Source: a virus | Lineage: Duplodnaviria; Caudoviricetes | Direction: 5' to 3' (one strand) | Virus record (IMG/VR): IMGVR_UViG_3300011261_000111 | Coordinates: 1-26,603 of that record | Length of the DNA: 26,603 nucleotides | Part shown: positions 16,277 through 23,951 of the stretch, one piece after another | Layout: each line of letters begins with the position of its first letter | How positions within the stretch are numbered: position 1 is the first letter of the stretch | Translations under genes and position numbers: made by a program | Notes under the pieces: model-generated | Databases searched by the model: none | What the model was told of the DNA's origin: nothing | Seen by the model: only the letters and a program-made list of their open reading frames with translations

Positions 16277-16277
16277 A

Positions 16278-17648
16278 CTACCTCCCAAACAAGTTTGTAA
16301 AGCCGCCAGTTTGATCTGGCACAAAGCACATCACCAAAGCATCGGCAATGTTAGGCGACTTAATGCCGCGCTTCTTCATATCCTTCTTAGACTCCACCTT
16401 AACGCGCATGTTTCCGTCATACTCTCGACGGGGCGCGGTCAACTCGAACTTCAATTCTTCTAGGTGCGGCAAATCTGGATCGATACTGATCAGCTGATCA
16501 ACAGGGAATTCATCACCATACACCGCAGCACGATAGGTGTTGTAAAACCTGTCAGCAAGGGTGAACCAAGCTTGAGCCTTGATGTTTGAAAAGTGATCCT
16601 TGTTTGTCTTGCCTTCCTTGTATACCGAATCAGGACGACTAACGGCACCGCCAGCGTTAAAGCCAGTAGCAACAATAGTTCTATACTCGTTTTGCGCTAA
16701 CTGCCTAAACTCGGCTTTAGAACCAGCGCCCACACCGATTGAGTCGAACACTATCTCTGCACCTTCCGACTGTGCCACAGCATACACCTTGCGAGCCGAT
16801 TCTATTACGTCGCCCTTGTTCCAAGCGTCGCACCCGTATACGCGCGAACCATGAGCCTTCACGATTGCGTTATCGTCGTCGCCTTCATCTGCCACGTCAT
16901 AGCCAATCACACGCTTTCCTGACGCCTCTAGTTCAAAGCCTATTGCGGCCTCTATCCATTCCATACGGATGATACACAAATCACCGTGAGCAACAGGCAT
17001 ACCAAGATAAACATGCTGATAAAGCGTGTAGTCGCGCTCCTTCATGATTTCCATATCAACACGCAATTCATCGGGGAAGCGTGGGTTTTCTGTGTAGTTT
17101 ATCTTTTTGCTTATGCAGTAGCGCTTGCCGTCCATATAGTCTGGGTAATGGCGTTTACTAACAAACATTTGATAAGTGGCATCAAGCGGGGTTTCTGGGT
17201 TGAATGCGCACCAGATTTCGGATCCTCTTTTTCGCAATGTTGGTATAAGCATCTTCCAAGAGTCAGAGGAAACATTGGCTGCCTCCTCAACAAATGCGCA
17301 ATCAAAGTTTGCATAACCCTTCACTTTTTGCTGGTTCCTATGCAGACCTTCGAACTTAAAGGCCCCGCCAGATGTTGTGCATCTTATCTCTTTTTGCAGT
17401 ATGTCAAAATGCGCATTTAGGTCCCTTCGATTTATCTCTTCGACAATCTCGGCATAAACAGAATCATCAATGGATTTCATAATTTCCCTAAAACACACAA
17501 TACGCCAACCAGAATACAAACAATTAGTCACTAAGAGCGTGACCAGCGTTCTGGTTTTTGCACTACCGCGACCACCGTAGGCAACCTTGAACCTAGCAGG
17601 CTGTAAGAATTCTCTAAACGCTGGAAATATTTCGATCTTTTCTCTCAT
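16278..17648 (-). CDS. terL: Terminase large subunit (PBSX-like)
   Basis: Walker A YGGRGSAKT, Walker B AFVEEA, IPTLRK, nuclease GYDVADEGDD and SPNIADAL. Confidence 0.95.
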   Translation of the reverse strand: MREKIEIFPAFREFLQPARFKVAYGGRGSAKTRTLVTLLVTNCLYSGWRIVCFREIMKSIDDSVYAEIVEEINRRDLNAHFDILQKEIRCTTSGGAFKFEGLHRNQQKVKGYANFDCAFVEEAANVSSDSWKMLIPTLRKRGSEIWCAFNPETPLDATYQMFVSKRHYPDYMDGKRYCISKKINYTENPRFPDELRVDMEIMKERDYTLYQHVYLGMPVAHGDLCIIRMEWIEAAIGFELEASGKRVIGYDVADEGDDDNAIVKAHGSRVYGCDAWNKGDVIESARKVYAVAQSEGAEIVFDSIGVGAGSKAEFRQLAQNEYRTIVATGFNAGGAVSRPDSVYKEGKTNKDHFSNIKAQAWFTLADRFYNTYRAAVYGDEFPVDQLISIDPDLPHLEELKFELTAPRREYDGNMRVKVESKKDMKKRGIKSPNIADALVMCFVPDQTGGFTNLFGR

Positions 17649-18208
17649 GACTTCCTCATCCAGTCGCCGACAACTTCTTTCTCTTTTTTTCTGGCTGCGT
17701 CATTGGCCAGCTCTGCTGTCGGGAACACTCCAAGGTATTCGCATTTGCCATTTTGCCTAACTCTAGCTATATATCCATATATCTCACCCTTATTGCTTCC
17801 TTTCCTGTACCTATTTATTGAGACACCTTTATACCCTGTAGCAGTGTCTTTATTTCCAACCCTATTCCAAGCATTTTTTTTCATGTCGGCTGCTCGTAGG
17901 TTGTTTGACTTGTTATTCTTCTTATTCCCATCTATGTGGTCAACAACTTCTGGTAGCCATCCATTGTGCATAAAAAAGCAAATCCTATGGCACGAAACGT
18001 AGGCGGATATTTTTTCTCCGTTAACAACTCTAGTTAGTTTTGCTCGAATATATCCAAGCTTATCTGTATTGCTTGGACTGGTGCCCGCGTACTTGGTATT
18101 CCACCAAGCTGGGTAGGTGTAGTTTGGCTTCCATGTTAAAGTGCCACTTTCTGAGCAGTAGTTGAAGCGTGATTTTATATAGTCTAAATCTTTGACGAAA
18201 TCTTGCAT
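17645..18208 (-). CDS. HNH homing endonuclease with C-terminal AP2 domain
   Basis: VDHIDGNKKNNKSNNLR; TGYKGVS...YLGVFPTAELA; inserted between terS and terL. Confidence 0.9.
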   Translation of the reverse strand: MQDFVKDLDYIKSRFNYCSESGTLTWKPNYTYPAWWNTKYAGTSPSNTDKLGYIRAKLTRVVNGEKISAYVSCHRICFFMHNGWLPEVVDHIDGNKKNNKSNNLRAADMKKNAWNRVGNKDTATGYKGVSINRYRKGSNKGEIYGYIARVRQNGKCEYLGVFPTAELANDAARKKEKEVVGDWMRKS

Positions 18209-18317
18209 AGCGGTAACCTCGTTATGGTTAGTCGTTACTGATGATAGTGTTGCGCCAAGCTGGGTAACGAATCCAGCCTTTCAGCCGCTAAACCTAGGCG
18301 CAATAATGATTATATCA
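18209..18317 (-). promoter_or_regulatory. Promoter plus structured c4-a1b1-like leader of the HNH gene
   Basis: TGATATAAT extended -10; stem TGCGCC/GGCGCA (18251-18302); loop UCGUUAC complementary to downstream GUAACGA and AUAACGA at the SD. Confidence 0.6.
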
Positions 18318-18686
18318 TTCCTCTACCACATGATAAACAGGCGCTTGCAATTTCTCGCCTCCGCTGGTGTGGTCTATTTCTTGCTTGTCACTGTAGCCGT
18401 GCTTAGTAAGCATCATCTTAGTAATGACTGCATTAAAGTTGCTTGAAAGGCCACCTTTAATCAATTTTTTCTCTTGACATTCTTTGATTTCTTCTAAGAT
18501 GTCCGATAATTCTGGATAAGTCTTTTCCTGCTCCCACTTATAAAGCGTGGATCTACTGCGTTTAACGTAGCCAGCAAGGCCAGCAATAGTAGGTACAAGC
18601 TCGCCATCTTCTTCGTACTTCTCAAGATAAAGCCTAGCGTTAGCCAGTACTTCATCATCGTATGTCGTAGGTCTTCCGCCTGCCAT
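18315..18686 (-). CDS. terS: Terminase small subunit (P22 gp3-like)
   Basis: GRPTTY, VPTIAGLA..SRSTLYKW, ITKMMLTKHGYSDKQEIDHTS. Confidence 0.9.
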   Translation of the reverse strand: MAGGRPTTYDDEVLANARLYLEKYEEDGELVPTIAGLAGYVKRSRSTLYKWEQEKTYPELSDILEEIKECQEKKLIKGGLSSNFNAVITKMMLTKHGYSDKQEIDHTSGGEKLQAPVYHVVEE

Positions 18687-18714
18687 TATCTATCCTCCCA
18701 TTCGTCGGCTGTCA

Positions 18715-18906
18715 TCACAAATACCTCCAACTGAATCTACCGCTAATAAGCGATCCGTCCAATAATTGATATTCTAACATATCCCCGCGATTGGCAATAT
18801 AACCCGTACGCTTGGATGTCACTTCATTCCCGTCAACAATGATAACCAGATTGCAGCCGACTGGTGGCAGGGTGTCTGGTGGGTTTAGTTTTAAGTCTGA
18901 CATCAA
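18715..18906 (-). CDS. Hypothetical protein
   Basis: 63 aa, overlaps upstream gene stop. Confidence 0.7.
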   Translation of the reverse strand: MMSDLKLNPPDTLPPVGCNLVIIVDGNEVTSKRTGYIANRGDMLEYQLLDGSLISGRFSWRYL

Positions 18907-19196
18907 ACCACCCGCTTAAACGTAAACAGCTTACCTTTAAAATGCTTATCCCAGCGAACAGAAAAACCACTACCATCAGCAGGAACCAATTTACCCAAGC
19001 CGCCATTACCCAAAATCTGATATTGCGGCATAGCTGGCTCGTCAGAATCAGCAGCGGTGCAAACAATCTCGATCTCACTGTGATCATGGTAATCACGCAT
19101 CTTGATAGTAGCCGAACCTTTGCCGATCACTTCATTGTAAAAAGCCAGCCGCTTTTCGATCTTGTCGTTAACAACTTCTTTGGACGTGTACGCCAT
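18903..19196 (-). CDS. Hypothetical protein
   Basis: 97 aa, GAGG SD, own promoter. Confidence 0.8.
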   Translation of the reverse strand: MAYTSKEVVNDKIEKRLAFYNEVIGKGSATIKMRDYHDHSEIEIVCTAADSDEPAMPQYQILGNGGLGKLVPADGSGFSVRWDKHFKGKLFTFKRVV

Positions 19197-19233
19197 TTTT
19201 TTACCTCTTTCTATAATTAATTCATTTGAATTA

Positions 19234-19262
19234 ATATTAATCTAACTTCATCAAAAGCGCAA
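19234..19262 (-). promoter_or_regulatory. Sigma70-like promoter with AGATTAAT box
   Basis: Minus strand TTGCGC-TTTTGATGAAGTTAGAT-TAATAT. Confidence 0.7.
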
Positions 19263-19294
19263 CCGAAATCAAAAATAAGCCAATTTCACCCGAA

Positions 19295-19810
19295 AAAGGC
19301 CGTTTTGCTTAAAAAAAAGGGGGTTTGCTGAAGGATGTTTAAGAAATCTTCAACACGAACCATTCTCAACAACTATAGTAGGATAAAATAAAATATGTAT
19401 ATATATCATATACTTATATATATCTATATATACTTATATACCCTTATTATCTATCTATTTATCCTTTTGCTTAATTGTTTAAAGCCTCCCAGTCTGCCTT
19501 TTTTTATTTCATAGATTAATTATTGTTTGTGGGATTTTTTATGGTGAGCATTTTTATGTTGGTAATGGGTTATATAGGGGATGGTCTCATGGGGGCTGTT
19601 AAGCAAAATCGACTGAATTGCATGAAACCCGCGCCATTACTGGGCTGTAGCCTGAAAATAGGCTCTCAGCAAGTGTTAAACAACCTTAAACAAAACCGCT
19701 TTTTTTTAAACAAATCAAATAAACGGCATTTTTTATTCTTTAAGTGTATGATTTACATAGCTTTTTTGTTGCTTAATTTGTTTAAACAGTGTTTAGGTGA
19801 TGTGTCGGCC
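19295..19810. other. Putative replication origin: TGYTKAA iterons and AT-rich tract
   Basis: Direct copies at 19305, 19325, 19336, 19467, 19475, 19769; inverted at 19599, 19666, 19676, 19686, 19706; (TA)n-rich tract about 19385-19445; no credible ORF. Confidence 0.6.
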
Positions 19811-19950
19811 TATTCTAAGGCGTTTTAAGCTCACTTTGTTGCCATCCTGTGTATTGCCATGAAATTGAGCGAAAATGCGCTTACGTGAGCTATGGTGAAG
19901 TTTTAGCGGTATTTTGGGCGTGTATTTTCAAGCAGTAAATATCAGGCAAT

Positions 19951-19971
19951 AAAAAACCCTCCGAAGAGGGC
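19951..19971 (-). terminator. Intrinsic terminator
   Basis: CCCTC-TTCG-GAGGG-TTTTTT on minus strand. Confidence 0.85.
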
Positions 19972-19977
19972 TTAGTG

Positions 19978-20397
19978 TTATTGATACTTTTTCCGTTCTG
20001 CCTTGATTCTTTCCATTATCGCGTCATCAAGATATGTAAAGTAGCCTAGCCGGACAGGTTTTCCGTTTATATTTTGCCTGACTGCCCATTTCCGCTTCTT
20101 TTCAATCCAAAGAACGCCCTTATAGCCGCTTTCGTTATCTTCGCTTAAGACAAGGCTTTCTCGCCTCTCCATTTCTTTTGATGATATTTTCTTCATGCCA
20201 TAGCATACGCGATAGCCAAATCTGATCTCAGCGCGAATCCTAGCATCAATCGCTAGATGTTCAAATTTGAAGAACCCAAGCATTTTAGTGTTACCGTTAA
20301 CGCGAATTTGTGCCGCCCATGTTCTTGCATGGCTGCTGTAGAATACGCCTATCTTTTTGCTTAGGGTTATGTGAGGGGTGTTGTGGTGTGGTTGCAT
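19978..20397 (-). CDS. Tandem AP2-domain protein without HNH motif
   Basis: Two AP2 repeats (GVFY..TWAAQIRVNG..LGFF; GYKGVLW..KWAVR..LGYF); start reassigned to ATG 20397. Confidence 0.8.
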   Translation of the reverse strand: MQPHHNTPHITLSKKIGVFYSSHARTWAAQIRVNGNTKMLGFFKFEHLAIDARIRAEIRFGYRVCYGMKKISSKEMERRESLVLSEDNESGYKGVLWIEKKRKWAVRQNINGKPVRLGYFTYLDDAIMERIKAERKKYQ

Positions 20398-20492
20398 GAT
20401 ATTTACTCTTGTCAAAGCTGTCATAAAGGATGCGGAAGACTGTGACAAGTAGCTTTTCGGGTGGCCGCCCTATCCGCAGATCCATTATAACA
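20398..20492 (-). promoter_or_regulatory. Promoter plus structured c4-a1b1-like leader of the AP2 gene
   Basis: TGTTATAAT extended -10; UGCGGAUAGGG-CGGCCA-CCCGAAAAGC...UCCGCA; internal CUUGUCA complementary to downstream UGACAG and UGACAAG. Confidence 0.65.
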
Positions 20493-20516
20493 CTTGATGA
20501 AGGTAATAAAAACTTA

Positions 20517-22076
20517 TCAGATATCTATCGTGCAAATCACCACGCTCACGCGCGCGTCAGGGAATTGATTATGCAGTACTTCGCTATATTGCACACTCTT
20601 GGCACCATTCACGGGCTTGTCACGCATACCGCTTGGCAGTATTGCAACGAGTCTACCGCCTGGCGCCAATTGCGTAACAGCATGCTCTAGGTGAAGTTTT
20701 GCGCGCCCTTCGCTGAACGGTGGGTTCATAATGATTCGATCATAAATCGGACGATCGAATTTCAGAAAGTCGGCTTTATCTACGTTGTAGCCTTTACTCT
20801 TTAGAATCTCACAATGCAGCTCTGACAGCTCAACGCACTGTATACGATGCTTTCCGTCGATGTGGTCCGCCATTGACCCTTGACCAGCGGAAGGTTCCAG
20901 AACCGTGTGATCACTGTTAATTTCAGCCATCGTCACAACGTGTGCCGCTAACTCGTCAGGTGTTGGGTAAAACTGGTGCGTTACTTTGTCGGGTAGCTCA
21001 CCCGTTAAAATGATATTTGCTATCACCTCATTCGGTGAGTAGTCGAACTTGATCACATCAGTCTCGAATGTCTTACGCCCATCGTATGTGCGCTTTTCAA
21101 TACGAGTCTTTACGCCACCGATACTTTGCAAAATATCAATAACTTTTTGCTTGTGGTTCGTTGATGGTTCAAAGATCATACCGTTAATTCGACCCTCACT
21201 CAGTTCATGCAATACACTGTCAGCGATTGGGTTGTTGATCACTTTAAAGTCTTTGTGCGCTTTTTCAGGCTTTCGAATGCTGGCGTGAGATAAAGCGGCC
21301 GGATATAAAAACGCTAAAATCTGATTTAATTGCCACGCAATGTCTGGATGGATTTCGATGTGCGCAGTGCCTTTCAAATATACTCGCACGCGAATGGTAC
21401 CACCGTCCCAATCAAACCATTCACCCGTGTAGTTGTATTGAGTTCGCAGCTTTGTCGATGATGTTCCGTGTCGCGGTTCGTCGCGCCCCAGTAGCTTGGC
21501 AATCACTTTACGCAAATCATCGATGTGACCGCCTTTTGTGTGATTAGGAAACCAGCCGTTTTCTATCACGTTCGCCATGATCATGCGCTTTCTGAACCCT
21601 GTTGGTGAGTTGGTAACATGTTCACCACTCAAGCTGCGAAAGATCCCGTCCACGCGCTCTGCAATGAACTGGCTACGCATACGAAGCAGATCCTCGAATG
21701 TCGCGTACACCGCAGCCACTTCGAACGCTGGGCACTTTCGCTCTCTGATCATATCGTGCCATTCATCGCGGCGCTTTTGCGGCATGTGGTCATATACGTC
21801 TGTCATGTTCATAGCGCGTTGCCAGTAGTTTGAATTGATCAAGCCTGTGGCATCATCTAAATTAAACATTTTCGTGTAGATGGCTGACGCTCGGTCTTTG
21901 TTTGCCGCTTCCACAAATGTGTCGAACGCTTTCGAGAAATCGACCGATTCTATTGTATTGATTGCGCGCTTTAGGTTTTCCACTTCACTGTCGTAAGACG
22001 CTATAAGTGGTTTCAGTAGATCGGTGCTTGCTGGTGCGAAAAATGAATTGACGATATTTGATGGTAGTGTTTGCAT
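20517..22076 (-). CDS. DUF4942-domain SAM-dependent amino-methyltransferase (m6A-type)
   Basis: QFYPTP, VLEPSAGQG, IIMNPPF; N-terminal ERVDGIFRSLSGEHVTNSP region. Confidence 0.85.
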   Translation of the reverse strand: MQTLPSNIVNSFFAPASTDLLKPLIASYDSEVENLKRAINTIESVDFSKAFDTFVEAANKDRASAIYTKMFNLDDATGLINSNYWQRAMNMTDVYDHMPQKRRDEWHDMIRERKCPAFEVAAVYATFEDLLRMRSQFIAERVDGIFRSLSGEHVTNSPTGFRKRMIMANVIENGWFPNHTKGGHIDDLRKVIAKLLGRDEPRHGTSSTKLRTQYNYTGEWFDWDGGTIRVRVYLKGTAHIEIHPDIAWQLNQILAFLYPAALSHASIRKPEKAHKDFKVINNPIADSVLHELSEGRINGMIFEPSTNHKQKVIDILQSIGGVKTRIEKRTYDGRKTFETDVIKFDYSPNEVIANIILTGELPDKVTHQFYPTPDELAAHVVTMAEINSDHTVLEPSAGQGSMADHIDGKHRIQCVELSELHCEILKSKGYNVDKADFLKFDRPIYDRIIMNPPFSEGRAKLHLEHAVTQLAPGGRLVAILPSGMRDKPVNGAKSVQYSEVLHNQFPDARVSVVICTIDI

Positions 22077-22101
22077 TTTAGTCTCCTTTTCAGTGATCGC
22101 A

Positions 22102-22139
22102 ATATTAATCCATTAAATTAATCTTATCAAGCATTATTT
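22102..22139 (-). promoter_or_regulatory. Sigma70-like promoter with two GATTAAT boxes
   Basis: TTGATA-AGATTAATTTAATGGAT-TAATAT; 23 nt identical to 15770-15792. Confidence 0.75.
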
Positions 22140-22144
22140 GAAAT

Positions 22145-22166
22145 AAAAAAAAGAGGCCGAAGCCTC
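22145..22166 (-). terminator. Intrinsic terminator
   Basis: GAGGC-TTCG-GCCTC-TTTTTTTT on minus strand. Confidence 0.9.
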
Positions 22167-22182
22167 CTTGTGTTTTTACGAT

Positions 22183-22743
22183 CTAGGCCACAGCCTCCAA
22201 TCGTCTAGCCAGCTCCAATCCGTCCGCATCAATCTCTTCTTGCGTGCGGATCTCTCTGTCTTCATCCCAAATATAGAAATTCTTATCCATGCTTATGATT
22301 TCCTCGATTTTCTCAACTGTCATTGGCGCTTTAGCCGAACAAAACACTAAGGCACAATTCATGCGGAATCTTGGCGTAACCTCGCCTAAATACTTGTTAG
22401 CCGCAATAAGCGCGTCTTCAATCGCCTGAGTCCAGCTAACATTTGTCAGCGTGTAGCCCACGTCGTGAATGTACTGTTTGTCGAAATTTCCAAACGCATC
22501 TTTAAGCGCAACGACCGGATAAAATTTCCAGTCGAGTTTGATCTTGTTGAACAAAGCTGTATCTGGATCGAATAAAGCCTCTGTCATCGGCTGGACACAC
22601 GTCTTTCGCTCTGGATGAATGCGGTTAACAAAATAAGAGCGCCCAAGCGACACCGTAAAAACCACAGCATGCTTATGCAAGTTGGCCTCGATCATCACCT
22701 TGGCGCGCTTGAATTGGTTGTTTGGTTTGCGTTGTTTAGCCAT
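22183..22743 (-). CDS. Hypothetical protein
   Basis: 186 aa, basic N-terminus, followed by terminator. Confidence 0.8.
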   Translation of the reverse strand: MAKQRKPNNQFKRAKVMIEANLHKHAVVFTVSLGRSYFVNRIHPERKTCVQPMTEALFDPDTALFNKIKLDWKFYPVVALKDAFGNFDKQYIHDVGYTLTNVSWTQAIEDALIAANKYLGEVTPRFRMNCALVFCSAKAPMTVEKIEEIISMDKNFYIWDEDREIRTQEEIDADGLELARRLEAVA

Positions 22744-22927
22744 TATTCTTCACCTGATTTGCCTGCAAAATCTTATCAATCTTCTTGGCGTACTCGATGG
22801 CCGTGGTTTTGCTTGACGTGTGCTTTCGGTTCGGTAGCGCCCAACGTTTCTTGCCCTCGTCGCGCGGCACAGTGGCTAGTCCAATAACGATGTCTAATTC
22901 TTTTGGTTCTGAGTAGATGAATGTCAT
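22736..22927 (-). CDS. Hypothetical protein
   Basis: 63 aa, AAGGAG SD, WALP motif. Confidence 0.75.
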   Translation of the reverse strand: MTFIYSEPKELDIVIGLATVPRDEGKKRWALPNRKHTSSKTTAIEYAKKIDKILQANQVKNNG

Positions 22928-22937
22928 TTTGCGCTCC

Positions 22938-23153
22938 TTAAATTTCGTCGTAGGCTTCTTGAAGGAATCTTTTAATATCTTCTATATCATCTTCACCATC
23001 AAGATTATGAACGGCGTCATATAAAATTGACTCTAGTTCATCAATAATTAAATCTACTTTACCGCAAGCTGCCTCAACTGCATCTTCAATCTCCGATAGT
23101 TGAGTATCCATTATCGCTTCAATCATATATTTCAAATCATTTCGCATTGTCAT
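22938..23153 (-). CDS. Small highly acidic protein
   Basis: 71 aa, very D/E-rich, GGAG SD. Confidence 0.75.
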   Translation of the reverse strand: MTMRNDLKYMIEAIMDTQLSEIEDAVEAACGKVDLIIDELESILYDAVHNLDGEDDIEDIKRFLQEAYDEI

Positions 23154-23329
23154 TTTGTTTCTCCAATATTGAATGTAATTCCACGTTTAACCATTTGTTC
23201 AACCATTCGCTGCCAGTCAGTAGGTGCCTGATCGAATTGGCAGCCGTTTACTTGCATAGACAAGCCGTCAAGCATTTTTTCAATAAAGTTTCTTGACTTA
23301 ATAACTTTATCTGAAATCATGTTATCCAT
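23150..23329 (-). CDS. Hypothetical protein (59 aa, not in ORF track)
   Basis: MDNMISDK...FNIGETK fills the gap with overlaps at both ends. Confidence 0.7.
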   Translation of the reverse strand: MDNMISDKVIKSRNFIEKMLDGLSMQVNGCQFDQAPTDWQRMVEQMVKRGITFNIGETK

Positions 23330-23537
23330 ACTTCAAATCCTCAAATTTTTGCAGCGCCTCAGCATCATCGCGAAGAGCTTTAGCTGTTTTGATCAGGTCG
23401 CGCTCAAAGGTGGTATAATCCACCTCCTCGCCTGATTCGTCGCACACCATAAACGTAATGATGTCGTCTTCTTTGTCGTAGTCGGTGACCATTACTTCTA
23501 GGTCACCAATGTCGTTATGTGAGTATGGGAAGAACAT
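23322..23537 (-). CDS. Small acidic protein
   Basis: ATG 23537 coupled to YopX stop, GGAG SD. Confidence 0.75.
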   Translation of the reverse strand: MFFPYSHNDIGDLEVMVTDYDKEDDIITFMVCDESGEEVDYTTFERDLIKTAKALRDDAEALQKFEDLKYG

Positions 23538-23875
23538 TAACAAGACTCCAGAAGATCTGAATTTTCGTGAATATTGCCTATCACTTTAACTGGGTGACAC
23601 ATATCCGCTAACCCACCTACATCGCTTGCAATATACATGGAATCGCCGTTGTCCCATGATATAACGGAATAATAATGCTCCTCATCCTCTACAATGTCGC
23701 CCTCGTAAATCTCGACACCGTTGTTGTCGGTTAGGCCGGTGAATTGCATTAATTTGTGATGCCTAGTTACCCCCTTGATTATATTCATAAAAAATACAGG
23801 TGAAGCCCTCAAAACTCCCCAATCAATAAGCATCTTGTCAATATCGTTCCATGCTCTAAATTTAATCTCTCGCAT
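23537..23875 (-). CDS. YopX family protein
   Basis: MREIKFRAW...LMQFTGLTDNNGVEIYEGDIV...VIGNIHENSDLL. Confidence 0.9.
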   Translation of the reverse strand: MREIKFRAWNDIDKMLIDWGVLRASPVFFMNIIKGVTRHHKLMQFTGLTDNNGVEIYEGDIVEDEEHYYSVISWDNGDSMYIASDVGGLADMCHPVKVIGNIHENSDLLESC

Positions 23876-23904
23876 TTCCTTTCTCCTCATCATCTGATTT
23901 ATTA

Positions 23905-23933
23905 AGATTAATTTATACCTATTACCTTTGCAA
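23905..23933 (-). promoter_or_regulatory. Sigma70-like promoter with inverted AGATTAAT box
   Basis: Minus strand TTGCAA-17 nt-TAATCT; AGATTAAT on + strand at 23905-23912. Confidence 0.65.
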
Positions 23934-23951
23934 CAATTATTTCAATTAATT

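Noticed and set aside
17645-18314. Group I intron or intein in the terminase
   Set aside because: The HNH gene is free-standing between intact terS and terL; no split motifs seen
19523-19828. 101-aa + strand ORF
   Set aside because: Non-ATG start, no SD, low-complexity F/K/L composition arising from the iteron-rich non-coding region
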